From the IMG/VR virus record IMGVR_UViG_3300017917_003893, positions 64,001 through 128,000 of that record: DNA of 64,000 bases. The stretch is one strand, 5' to 3'. The DNA comes from a virus. The notes below the pieces were generated by a model that did no database searches, was not told the origin of the DNA, and saw nothing but the letters and a program-made list of their open reading frames with translations. Positions 45,937 through 55,441 of this stretch are shown here, piece by piece (position 1 is the first letter of the stretch; every line of letters starts with the position of its first letter). The position numbers were made by a program, and so were the translations under genes.

Positions 45937-47547
45937 ATGCCGGCTACATACAGTATAAATGTTGGACAACCAACAGAAGCTTTTAGAAAGCAAGATATTA
46001 ATAGTGTTTTATTAGAACTTCCTGATAATACTCAAAAATTAATATCTCCAAAAGATGTAAGAGATGCTTTTTTAACATCTTGGGCTAACTCTGCTTTTAA
46101 ACAAACAATCGGTCAAGCCGGTATTGAATATTTAGGTATTGATTCAGGAAATCCTTCTGATAGAGATATAAAACAAAAAATATTTATTGGTAAAAGAAGT
46201 TATACAGGTTCTGATATAATGACTAGTAACTTACTTAATAACAGTAGCTCAGATATTTATATTTATAATACAAAGCCTGATAATTATTTAACACAAAGTA
46301 CATCAATAGTTATATTAGCTGGTACAAATTCTACATTACATGAATATGCGCCTTATATACATTCAAGTGTGGTTAATTCTGACACAGCTTTAAGTTTAGA
46401 TTTTATTAACCCTTCATTGTATTCTGGTCCTATAAATATTTTTAGTCCAACTGGTAGAGTATCCGTTAACGGTATATTGTTTCCAACTTTATCTGAGACA
46501 TCAGCTTCTGCTTCAAATGGTAAAATATTAAAATATTTTGGTAGTTATCCAAATGGTGTTCTTAGATGGTCAGAGCCTACTGTTAGTTTGGCTTCAATTG
46601 GTTCAATTGGTTCACCTACTAATATCTATGGTACTGTTAGTGTAAATGGATTTCAAGGTAATTCTTTAGAATTTGTTAATTCTAATATTGTTCCTCAAAC
46701 AATAGGTGGAGTTTCTATAGGTGACTCTTTTGCTTCTGGTAGTTTTAATGGTCAGAATTGGCCCTTATCAGAGGTTTTAAGAAAAGTTCTTTATCCTTAT
46801 GTTCCGCCTACTTTATCAATTTCAGTTACAAACGGTGGTGTTAATTACTTCTCGACAGGTTTAAGTCAGTCAGCCTTATTTAGTTATTCTGTTTTTAGAT
46901 ATTCTAATGCTGTTTCAAACTATAGAATACTAGATAACTCTTTAAGTGTTTTAGGAACTTTTTCAAACTTATCATATAATGGTGCTGTTGGAACCGGAGT
47001 AAATGCTACATTTTCTTACAATATTTACTCAAATAGTGATGCTACACAAAGCTATTATATATCCGCTAGAGATAATCAAACATTAATTACTTTTTCACAC
47101 AGTGCAACGGCTTCTATTAGATTTGCTCATCCAATTTTTTATGGATTTAGTACTACTTTTATAGACCTATTTGCGTCTGGTGGTGCTGCTGCGACTTTAA
47201 GAGCCACACAGAGTGGTGCTTTTATGAATAGCTCAACGAGATATATTTATCCTTATTTAGGTCCTTCACAATCTATGTCATTTAAAATAAATGGCTCAGG
47301 ATATATTTATTTTATGATACCAAATGGAACAGGAAATTCTGCTTTTCCTTTGTTATCATTTATTAAAGATCCTAATGGTTTTGTGATACATGACTCTAAT
47401 AATTTGAGCTTATCTGCATTTACTTACTCTTCTAGCGTCGCAAATCAAGGTGCTAATAATGTACCTAGTGGTTTAAGTTATAAAGTTTATAGAACAATTG
47501 CAACTTGTAGCTATACCGGAAATGGTAATTTTGAATTTATATTTTAA
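45937..47547 (+). CDS. Virion structural protein (tail/baseplate-associated)
   Basis: Ser/Thr/Gly/Asn-rich beta composition; paralogue of the next gene. Confidence 0.7.
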   Translation: MPATYSINVGQPTEAFRKQDINSVLLELPDNTQKLISPKDVRDAFLTSWANSAFKQTIGQAGIEYLGIDSGNPSDRDIKQKIFIGKRSYTGSDIMTSNLLNNSSSDIYIYNTKPDNYLTQSTSIVILAGTNSTLHEYAPYIHSSVVNSDTALSLDFINPSLYSGPINIFSPTGRVSVNGILFPTLSETSASASNGKILKYFGSYPNGVLRWSEPTVSLASIGSIGSPTNIYGTVSVNGFQGNSLEFVNSNIVPQTIGGVSIGDSFASGSFNGQNWPLSEVLRKVLYPYVPPTLSISVTNGGVNYFSTGLSQSALFSYSVFRYSNAVSNYRILDNSLSVLGTFSNLSYNGAVGTGVNATFSYNIYSNSDATQSYYISARDNQTLITFSHSATASIRFAHPIFYGFSTTFIDLFASGGAAATLRATQSGAFMNSSTRYIYPYLGPSQSMSFKINGSGYIYFMIPNGTGNSAFPLLSFIKDPNGFVIHDSNNLSLSAFTYSSSVANQGANNVPSGLSYKVYRTIATCSYTGNGNFEFIF

Positions 47548-47550
47548 TAT

Positions 47551-49071
47551 ATGATGACTTATAGTATTAATACAGGAACTTCTACACAAGCAACCACTTA
47601 TGATATAATTGGTGCAACTTCTGTTGATCTAACCTCAGTTCTTGAAGCTTTACATGATAATACTAATAAGGAGATAAGCCCTTCGGTTATAAGAAACTCT
47701 ATTCTAACTGCTTGGTCAAGTTCAGCATTTAAACAAACATTGGCTTCTCAATCAAATATTGATTATATAGGAATTGATAATGGTGATACTGATTATACTA
47801 ATAAAGATGTTAAAAGTAAAATTTATATAGGAAAAAGATCTTATAATGGTACTTATTCATATTCAGCTAGTGGTGATATTATGACATCTGACATATTGAA
47901 TAGAACAGAAGATGTATTTTTATTTAATACAAAAAAAGATACAGTTTCTAATAATAGAACCAGAATATCTATTTTATCTGGTACAAAATCATCTTTATTT
48001 ACACAGTCTCCTTATATACAATCTCAAATTATAACAGTTGGTACAAATTCTACACTTTCATTAGATATTGTAAATGATACTACTAGTGGTGGTACTGCTT
48101 CTGTTATTTCTTTTAGAAGTGACACTGGTACTGTATCAATCAATGATATTGTTTTTCCAACAATACAGGATTCAATTTCAAATGCTTCTGATGATAAAGT
48201 TTTAAGTTGGAATAATGGTAATATGATTTGGGATGTTATGTCATTTTCAGCAGTAAACTATATCGGTGTTACTGGCGGTACAACTAATATATTTGGTTCA
48301 CCTATTAACATCAACGGTTATCCTTTAGAGTTTACAGATTCTAATCCGTGTCCAATATCAATAGGTGATATTCAATATGGTGAAACTTTTAATTCAGAGT
48401 CTATTATTGATATGTTAACAAGAATAATATATCCTTATTTACCACCTAGTTGTTCAATTAGTATAAGACCTCCTTATTCTTCGGGTTATGTTGAAGTTGG
48501 TACATCACCAATAGTTGGTATTGATTATAGTATAACAAAAAGAAGTCTTCCTACTTTAACAACAGTGTTATCTTATATGATACCTAGTGCATATCCACCA
48601 ATAACAACTCCTGGTCAAGTAACTATAAATGGATCAGCTTCAGGTGTTGTTATAACACCTGTTACTAGTGCAACCACATCATTCTCAATTACAGTTAGTG
48701 ATGGTACTCAATCAGCTTCAGCTAGTACTAATATAAAAGGAATATATCCTTATTTTTATGGATTTAGTTCTATTTCCACAATGAATACAGCTGGGTTACT
48801 TCCACTTACTAAAGTAGTTGAACCACTTGGTGATAAGTCTGTTGATATTGTTGGTAGTGGTAATTTTTATTTTATGTATGATAGTAATTACCCTGTTTTG
48901 AGTAATATATTTGACGAGTTAGGAAATACTGTTTCTTCTTCTTTTACATCATCTATTGTTACTTTATCATCACCAACCGGTTTATGGGCATCTAAACAAT
49001 TTAGAGTTTATCAATGGAATGGTGTTTCACAAATTGGACCACCATCTGTAAATTATCAATTCAAATATTAA
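47551..49071 (+). CDS. Virion structural protein, paralogue of 45937..47547
   Basis: Shared segments TYSIN.G, DNT.K.ISP, W..SAFKQT, IGKRSY and LYPY.PP. Confidence 0.7.
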   Translation: MMTYSINTGTSTQATTYDIIGATSVDLTSVLEALHDNTNKEISPSVIRNSILTAWSSSAFKQTLASQSNIDYIGIDNGDTDYTNKDVKSKIYIGKRSYNGTYSYSASGDIMTSDILNRTEDVFLFNTKKDTVSNNRTRISILSGTKSSLFTQSPYIQSQIITVGTNSTLSLDIVNDTTSGGTASVISFRSDTGTVSINDIVFPTIQDSISNASDDKVLSWNNGNMIWDVMSFSAVNYIGVTGGTTNIFGSPININGYPLEFTDSNPCPISIGDIQYGETFNSESIIDMLTRIIYPYLPPSCSISIRPPYSSGYVEVGTSPIVGIDYSITKRSLPTLTTVLSYMIPSAYPPITTPGQVTINGSASGVVITPVTSATTSFSITVSDGTQSASASTNIKGIYPYFYGFSSISTMNTAGLLPLTKVVEPLGDKSVDIVGSGNFYFMYDSNYPVLSNIFDELGNTVSSSFTSSIVTLSSPTGLWASKQFRVYQWNGVSQIGPPSVNYQFKY

Positions 49072-49089
49072 AAATTTTATATATACAAT

Positions 49090-50646
49090 ATGGCAATACA
49101 AATTATAGATGGTTTTCAAGTAAACATCGCATCACCGATAGATAATAGAATAGTAGCTTCTGGTTCTTCTGCTAGAAATTCAATACCTTATAAATATGAA
49201 GGTTTAAGAGTTTTTGATTTATCAAATGGAATTCCTTATGTTTGGTATAATGGTGCTTGGGTATCTGAAAATGCTACAGGTGTTGCTGGTGTTGGTACTA
49301 CTACTAATTATATTCCTAGATACACATCAACAAATGTTATAGGTAACAGTATTATTTATCAGTTAGGTTCAAGTATAGGTATTAATACATTAGTACCTAG
49401 TGCTACTTTTTCAGTTAATGGTTCTTTAAGTGCTACAACTTTAAGTGGTGATGGACAATCACTTACAAATTTAAATGCTTCAAATTTAGCAACAGGAACT
49501 GTTGCTCTCAATAGATTACCAAATGGATCTAACGGTTGGATTTTATCTGGTGGTTCTGGAGTTCCAGCCTATGTTAATCCCACTCAAATAACAGTTGGTA
49601 CTTCTTCAGTTGCTAACAGTATTGCTATAAATAATACAACAACAAACGCTACACATTATTTAACATTTATTTCATCTGGTGCTTGGTCATCAACAAATGC
49701 TAATGCGATTATTAGAGCTAATTTAGGTATCGGATATAACCCAAGTACTAATATTTTAACTACTGGTGGTATTACAGCGAGTAATTATGTCTCAACACTA
49801 AATGGTTTTTACTCATATGGTGGTACACTTTCTAATACCCTTAATACTAAAAAAATATTAATGAATTTGTATATTAATACCGGAAATAATGATAATTTAG
49901 AGTTCTCAAAAATAAGAACTACTGGTTCATCTGGTTGGCAAAATGCTGGTTATAGAATACAGTCTAAAGTTGATTCAAGTGATTTGGGTTATATACAATT
50001 TAATGGTAATAACGATACTGGTATTTCATTTGGTACTGGATATAGCGCAACTGAAAGATTAAGAATTGATATACTTGGTCGAGTTTTAGCAAATACCACA
50101 ACTCCAATAAGTAGTAATTGTATCTTACACTTAAAAAGTGATTCTAGCCTTTATGATGGTTTAGTTCATCAATCTTTTAATGATTCTCATACTATATTTG
50201 AATTTAAAAATACATCAGGTGTTCAAAGAGGTCGTATAGTTGGTAATGGAACAGGTGCTGTGCTGTATAATACTTCTTCTGATAGAAGATTGAAAGATAA
50301 TATACAAGAAATGCCTAGTATGTATAATGTGATAAAAGAATTAAAACCTTCAAAGTTTAACTGGAAATCAGGTAATAAAGAAGACTATGGTTTTATAGCT
50401 CAAGATGTATATAGATTAATACCTAATCTTAGAGGTGAGATAGCATATTGTGATGTTAATAGTGAAGACTTTGATATTGAAAATCCAATTAAAACAGATG
50501 GCGATCCTTATTACTATGGTTTAGACTATGGTAAATTAACACCATTCTTAACTAAGGCATTACAAGAGACTATTGAAAGGCTTGAGACACTAACTGATAA
50601 GATTAAGAACGCTAGTTCTTTAGATGAGTTAAAAAGTAGTTTATAA
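49090..50646 (+). CDS. Tail fibre with C-terminal intramolecular chaperone (peptidase S74)
   Basis: YNTSSDRRLKDNI, GFIAQDV and LDYGKLTPFLTKALQE coiled coil. Confidence 0.85.
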   Translation: MAIQIIDGFQVNIASPIDNRIVASGSSARNSIPYKYEGLRVFDLSNGIPYVWYNGAWVSENATGVAGVGTTTNYIPRYTSTNVIGNSIIYQLGSSIGINTLVPSATFSVNGSLSATTLSGDGQSLTNLNASNLATGTVALNRLPNGSNGWILSGGSGVPAYVNPTQITVGTSSVANSIAINNTTTNATHYLTFISSGAWSSTNANAIIRANLGIGYNPSTNILTTGGITASNYVSTLNGFYSYGGTLSNTLNTKKILMNLYINTGNNDNLEFSKIRTTGSSGWQNAGYRIQSKVDSSDLGYIQFNGNNDTGISFGTGYSATERLRIDILGRVLANTTTPISSNCILHLKSDSSLYDGLVHQSFNDSHTIFEFKNTSGVQRGRIVGNGTGAVLYNTSSDRRLKDNIQEMPSMYNVIKELKPSKFNWKSGNKEDYGFIAQDVYRLIPNLRGEIAYCDVNSEDFDIENPIKTDGDPYYYGLDYGKLTPFLTKALQETIERLETLTDKIKNASSLDELKSSL

Positions 50647-51330
50647 TTAATCCTCTATCTTTTCAAACCACCAGTTAAAGTAAATAAAGTTGTCATTTAT
50701 TAGATTGTAATAATCAGACTCATGTTTTATTATTATCTTGTTTTCATGAGACCTTACTAATTCAACTTCAATTCCTTTTTCCATTCTTAATTGTTTACCA
50801 GTTTCTGTTGAATAACAAGTAATTTCATCATTTAACAATCTATACTTACCTGGTTCGGGTTTTAACCAAGTTTTAATTGTTTTTATAATAATACCTTTTA
50901 TTTTAACAACCCATTCCTTTGTTTGATATAAATCATAGTCTTTGAATACTTCTGAGGTTAATTCTGGACTTAAACTTGTTATGTTTTCAACAACTCCCCA
51001 ATATTCATAGTCATCAATAACAAAAGTTATATAAACATCATAGTTAATATTATTTGATTTAACTATTCTAAGAATCTTCATTTTTTGTACATCTTGATGT
51101 TCTAATGCTAATTTACTTTTAAGATTTCTATAAGCACTTGTTCCTGATAAGTTATACAATATGTCATTGATTCTAGACATTGCTTGTCTTAAAGCATCTT
51201 GATTTTTATCAAATGCGTTTGTTGATAATTGTGGATCATCAACATGTACAGATGCTTGTGCTGAATCAGGATTCATTCTTTGAAGATTGAATTCTGTGAA
51301 TTCTAGAATTAGTCTATTTCTACCTTTCAT
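50647..51330 (-). CDS. Hypothetical protein
   Basis: 227-aa ORF; shares a palindromic AATATATATATT (51336-51347) with the divergent gene. Confidence 0.7.
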   Translation of the reverse strand: MKGRNRLILEFTEFNLQRMNPDSAQASVHVDDPQLSTNAFDKNQDALRQAMSRINDILYNLSGTSAYRNLKSKLALEHQDVQKMKILRIVKSNNINYDVYITFVIDDYEYWGVVENITSLSPELTSEVFKDYDLYQTKEWVVKIKGIIIKTIKTWLKPEPGKYRLLNDEITCYSTETGKQLRMEKGIEVELVRSHENKIIIKHESDYYNLINDNFIYFNWWFEKIED

Positions 51331-51367
51331 AATTAAATATATATATTAAAATACCAAACTATTAATT

Positions 51368-51685
51368 ATGAAAATAAGAAGATTTAATGAAGATGAACAA
51401 GTAGATATTTCATCTGAAAGAGTTAATGAAATTATAGAAGAGTTAAAAGACTTCTCAGCTATTATGAGTGATAAGTCAAAATATGTAGATGCTTTATTAA
51501 ATGAACTTAATAATTATAAGAGTGATTCCACTAAAGGAAATGACCAAATAGATGATTCTATAGCGGCTTTGCAAATTGTAAAAAAAGATGCTGATGATTG
51601 TAATGATAAGATTGATACAATTGTTAATAATCTTTTAGATTATAATGATAGTGGTAGAAAGTATATGTATACTGAAAACAAGTAA
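51368..51685 (+). CDS. Coiled-coil putative internal protein
   Basis: N-terminus MKIRRFNE. Confidence 0.65.
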   Translation: MKIRRFNEDEQVDISSERVNEIIEELKDFSAIMSDKSKYVDALLNELNNYKSDSTKGNDQIDDSIAALQIVKKDADDCNDKIDTIVNNLLDYNDSGRKYMYTENK

Positions 51686-51706
51686 TCAAATTTACTGTAT
51701 AATCTT

Positions 51707-51841
51707 ATGTCTGTTTGGGAAAATATACCTCTCATTGATAGAGAATCTATAAAAAAATCTTTGTATAGATTGAATAGAATTCAAAGTAGGAAAAATAAAA
51801 TTAATAGTATATTTAATGAAGTTAGGAAAGAAGTCAAGTAA
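51707..51841 (+). CDS. 44-aa mini-protein carrying SRKNKINSIF (not in ORF track)
   Basis: MSVWENIPLIDRESIKKSLYRLNRIQSRKNKINSIFNEVRKEVK*. Confidence 0.55.
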   Translation: MSVWENIPLIDRESIKKSLYRLNRIQSRKNKINSIFNEVRKEVK

Positions 51842-52085
51842 TTTAGAACCTGGTTATGTTTTTGCTCCTTATATTCCAGTGACTTCATCACAAGTAATAG
51901 TTGATTACAGTTCTTCTAAAAGAGTTAACAGAAAAAGAAAGATTAATAACATATTTGATTTGGGTTTAGATATTAAAGATTATGATATATTCTCACCAAG
52001 TAAATCAATTATGAGTAGATATTCTAAAAAGATTATAAATGCTAATTATTACGGAACTATAGAAATAAAAAAACCCACTTATTAA
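51816..52085 (+). CDS. Mini-protein: gp23-family C-terminal fragment with RKRKINNIF peptide inserted
   Basis: EPGYVFAPYIP and FSPSKSIMSRYSKK..YYGTIEIK match the capsid segments PGIIFVPY and FAPRMLLRSRY..YMTIKVK. Confidence 0.7.
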   Translation: MKLGKKSSNLEPGYVFAPYIPVTSSQVIVDYSSSKRVNRKRKINNIFDLGLDIKDYDIFSPSKSIMSRYSKKIINANYYGTIEIKKPTY

Positions 52086-52095
52086 GTGGGTTTTT
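52068..52095. terminator. Bidirectional terminator
   Basis: aaaaaacccactt-att-aagtgggttttt. Confidence 0.8.
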
Positions 52096-52098
52096 AGT

Positions 52099-52659
52099 TT
52101 ATTTGTTATAAGTTAATTTGTAGATTGTTTTATATTGTAAAGCTATTAGCTCATCAACTATGTTGTGTATATGTGTATCTTCATCTTTTATACAAGTTCT
52201 TTCAGATTTAACAAACTCAACAACTTCTTTGAAATAGTCTAATCTATCTTTTGATTTAGAATCTGTTGTATCAATTACATCATATCCTTCGATAAGACCG
52301 TATTGACCTTGATAAATTTCAACGATATCATCAATGAATCCAATAACACCATCGTAGTAAGCCTCTAAAGCTAAATGTGCGGCGTGTGAACCCATATCAC
52401 CTTTAACAGTCCAGTGATAAACTTGTGCCATTTCTCTACTTTCTAAAAGTTTAGAAATAAATTTTGATATATCTGTAGAATTTGAATTTTCAGGTTTGTC
52501 TTCAACCTTTTCTTCATTATCAGTTTCTGGCTTTTGTTGTTGACCAGACATTAACTTTAATAGTTCTTCTTTTGACATATCTTCATAGTTAGAAGGTAGA
52601 TTTGATTCTGCCTCAAATATTTTCTTCTTAACCGGTTTGAATTCAGAAAATTTTCTCAT
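52099..52659 (-). CDS. Ferritin/Dps-like four-helix protein (DUF5856-like)
   Basis: AQVYHW, HLALEAYYD..IDDIVEIYQG and NIVDELI..TIYKL. Confidence 0.75.
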   Translation of the reverse strand: MRKFSEFKPVKKKIFEAESNLPSNYEDMSKEELLKLMSGQQQKPETDNEEKVEDKPENSNSTDISKFISKLLESREMAQVYHWTVKGDMGSHAAHLALEAYYDGVIGFIDDIVEIYQGQYGLIEGYDVIDTTDSKSKDRLDYFKEVVEFVKSERTCIKDEDTHIHNIVDELIALQYKTIYKLTYNK

Positions 52660-52701
52660 ATTTCTTTTTAATTTTTATGTTTTATATATTATTTTTCAAT
52701 A

Positions 52702-53100
52702 TTACTTTAGTGTGTTTAAAAAATGATTGTAATCAAATTTTATATCTTCTCTTTTGAATTGAGATATCATATCATTAGCAATCTCCATTCTATTTTCTTT
52801 ATCTTTTACTTTTTTAAGTATATCTATAATACCAGAAACCATTTGATAATCATTTCCTTTAATTTCCTTTTTAATTTCTGATTTAGATTCTTTTATAAAT
52901 GACTCAGAGATTCTATCATCTGTACTTTCAATAAGTTGAATTGTATAATCATAATTATTTTCAACAGATGCTAGTATAGAGTCAGCAATATATCCAGCTT
53001 CTCCTTCATTTTCGGCTGGAATTATTAACTCTACTTTAGCAAATACTTTATAGTATTTTTCATTTAAGTTATTTTCTAAAATTTTAGTAAATTTTTTCAT
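52702..53100 (-). CDS. Hypothetical putative internal protein
   Basis: N-terminus MKKFTKILE. Confidence 0.65.
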   Translation of the reverse strand: MKKFTKILENNLNEKYYKVFAKVELIIPAENEGEAGYIADSILASVENNYDYTIQLIESTDDRISESFIKESKSEIKKEIKGNDYQMVSGIIDILKKVKDKENRMEIANDMISQFKREDIKFDYNHFLNTLK

Positions 53101-54208
53101 TTTGTATATCTGATTTTATTTTTGCAATTTTTTTCTTCATGTAAGTTCCATTTTGATTAAATTGTTTACCCCAATAATCTATGAATTGTTTACAACTCAT
53201 TTTCTTTAAAGTATTAATTGATATTATAGGTTCACCTTTCTGTTCTTTTAACTCTTTCTCATAAACAGAAACCCACATATCTTTTAATCTATCAGCAACA
53301 TCATCAGGACTATCATTGTCAACTAATAGTGCGTTTCCTAAATCTTTCCAATTGTGAGATGATATTTCATTTATCAATGATACATAAAAAGAATCAGCAT
53401 CAAAGTTTTGCATTTCACTAGCCGTTCTGTATATCTTAAAACTACTTAAATCTTTTTCAGGATATTTTCTTATAAAATAGTGTATTTCTTGTATGTTTGC
53501 ATTTAGTTCTTGAGCCTCACTTATGTATATATACCTAAGAAATTCATCACTCCATTTATACCATATTGATTTTGGAAATTTCCATATATTATTTTCAGCA
53601 TAAGTTAAAGCTGTGTTAAAAGATCTACCATATATGGGTTTTCTATATTCACCTCTTTTAGGTGACCTAATAGTTCTTTTATAATGCTCGTAGCAATGAT
53701 TTAACTCATGATATAGTGTTGACCTTATACCATCTAGTAATTCTTTTTTGTTACTTGGATTATTAATATCAAAATTATTTTTATCTACATCAATACCTAC
53801 GCTTAATTGTATAATTAAACCAACATCTGCTATTTTTCTCATTGGTTTTACAATTTTAGAATAGTTTTTCCAATTTTTATTTCCAAATCCTGAGGCATAT
53901 CCACCTATTGCGACATGGTCGGGATAGTCATACAAACTATTAAACTTTCTTTCTGTCATTTTTTTGAATTCAAGTATTAACTCAAATCCAACTACAGGAA
54001 AGTCTGCATATTTTTGTTTATCTATAAATGGCGCTAATTGTCTATATTTTATATTTAATGTCTCATCTAATGATTTTTCAGATGATTCTAAGAATTCTAT
54101 AAATTTATAATAAGTTTTCTTATCAAGTAGATCTACAAACATGATACTTGATTCTGAGAGACCTTGTCTTTCATTTATTAGAAACTGTTTAAAATTAAAA
54201 ATCCCCAT
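53084..54208 (-). CDS. Putative zincin metallopeptidase
   Basis: LYHELNH (HExxH) with downstream QELNA; N-terminus MGIFNFKQFLINE. Confidence 0.6.
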   Translation of the reverse strand: MGIFNFKQFLINERQGLSESSIMFVDLLDKKTYYKFIEFLESSEKSLDETLNIKYRQLAPFIDKQKYADFPVVGFELILEFKKMTERKFNSLYDYPDHVAIGGYASGFGNKNWKNYSKIVKPMRKIADVGLIIQLSVGIDVDKNNFDINNPSNKKELLDGIRSTLYHELNHCYEHYKRTIRSPKRGEYRKPIYGRSFNTALTYAENNIWKFPKSIWYKWSDEFLRYIYISEAQELNANIQEIHYFIRKYPEKDLSSFKIYRTASEMQNFDADSFYVSLINEISSHNWKDLGNALLVDNDSPDDVADRLKDMWVSVYEKELKEQKGEPIISINTLKKMSCKQFIDYWGKQFNQNGTYMKKKIAKIKSDIQNEKIY

Positions 54209-54236
54209 AGACTATATATAAAAATCTATGGGGATT
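54200..54236 (-). promoter_or_regulatory. Hairpin/terminator enclosing a late-promoter motif and the start codon of 53084..54208
   Basis: 12-bp inverted repeat aatccccataga/tctatggggatt with TATATATA in the loop. Confidence 0.6.
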
Positions 54237-54251
54237 AATTTTACTTAATGT

Positions 54252-54680
54252 TTAATTTAATATCTCGTTTATTTGATTTTCTCTTAGTGATTGTAAATCA
54301 ATATCAGTTTCAACAGCTTCATAGAAGCTCATTCTAACCATTTTGTAATACTTTTCACATTCTTCTTCATTAGCCATAGGATGTAGTTTGTTTTCGTAAT
54401 TATCCCATCTGTTTTTTGATTCTGGCTTGCCGTATTTGGCTATTAATGATTCATTAAACTCTTCATATTCACTTACATCAACATTTAAAGAATCTTCTAA
54501 ATCATATGAATATTCTGATAGTGAACACTCTTTATATTCTTTTATGTTTAATTCATATACTTTTTTTTCAGCTTCTTGTTTTGTGAATACAATTAAGCTA
54601 GGACTACCACCTTCTGTTTCACTGTAGATGTTATCATCATACTCAAATCCTTTTTTTAAAATTACAAATCCTTTTTTCAT
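54252..54680 (-). CDS. Hypothetical protein ending LRENQINEILN
   Basis: ORF carrying the shared peptide. Confidence 0.7.
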   Translation of the reverse strand: MKKGFVILKKGFEYDDNIYSETEGGSPSLIVFTKQEAEKKVYELNIKEYKECSLSEYSYDLEDSLNVDVSEYEEFNESLIAKYGKPESKNRWDNYENKLHPMANEEECEKYYKMVRMSFYEAVETDIDLQSLRENQINEILN

Positions 54681-54686
54681 ATTATT

Positions 54687-55172
54687 TTATTTTATTTCAA
54701 TATTTTTCATCCATTTATTTACTTGACTTTCCGCCATATCACAAATTTGTTCTTTTGTAAATCCCATTTGTGACATAATATCAAATATCATAATCAAACA
54801 ATCTGTCGACTCTAATAGAATATTTTTCTCTATTTGTTGTTTACTTTCAGTTGTTCTTTTATAATTAATAAGTTTTAATACCTCTGCTGAAAGCTCACCA
54901 TATTCTTCTCCTAATTTTAGACATCTTTCAATTAAACCTGGGTTTTCAAACTTTGAGGCATTCATTACTAAATCATAAACATAATCTATTATAGGCTCAA
55001 CCTCAACATTTTCATTTGAAAAATCTCCTTTTCTTTCAAAATCTTCAATTAGAATCTCTAATACAGCTACATTGTTTGATTCTTCTTCTGATAATTCTTT
55101 ATGAAATATAGACTCTAAATATTCTTGAGCCTTTTTGTAGTCGTATATTGTTTTTATTGGTTTAATTTTCAT
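54687..55172 (-). CDS. HigA-like N-terminal segment fused to a MazG-like NTP pyrophosphatase
   Basis: MKIKPIKTIYDYKKA..LEILIEDFE, then KLGEEYGELS..ESTD. Start reassigned to 55172. Confidence 0.7.
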   Translation of the reverse strand: MKIKPIKTIYDYKKAQEYLESIFHKELSEEESNNVAVLEILIEDFERKGDFSNENVEVEPIIDYVYDLVMNASKFENPGLIERCLKLGEEYGELSAEVLKLINYKRTTESKQQIEKNILLESTDCLIMIFDIMSQMGFTKEQICDMAESQVNKWMKNIEIK

Positions 55173-55224
55173 TTTTAACAATTGGAATTTAATATATATG
55201 TTGTAAAAAATATAAAGTTTATAT

Positions 55225-55428
55225 ATGGGATTAATTAAAAAGTTTGACTCTTTTGTATCTGAAAAATTAGTTGCAGAAGCACCTGTCAGTAAGACCATTT
55301 CTAAGCCAGTAGTTGAGCCTGAGGTTTCTAGTGAAGAATCGGCTAAACAAGTAATTGATAGATTATCAAGAATCTATAATGAATTACCAACTGATGAGAA
55401 AAAAGAAATAGATAAATATTTCCAATAA
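55225..55428 (+). CDS. Small putative internal protein
   Basis: N-terminus MGLIKKFDSFVSE; late motif upstream. Confidence 0.65.
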   Translation: MGLIKKFDSFVSEKLVAEAPVSKTISKPVVEPEVSSEESAKQVIDRLSRIYNELPTDEKKEIDKYFQ

Positions 55429-55441
55429 ATTATTTTAAGAT

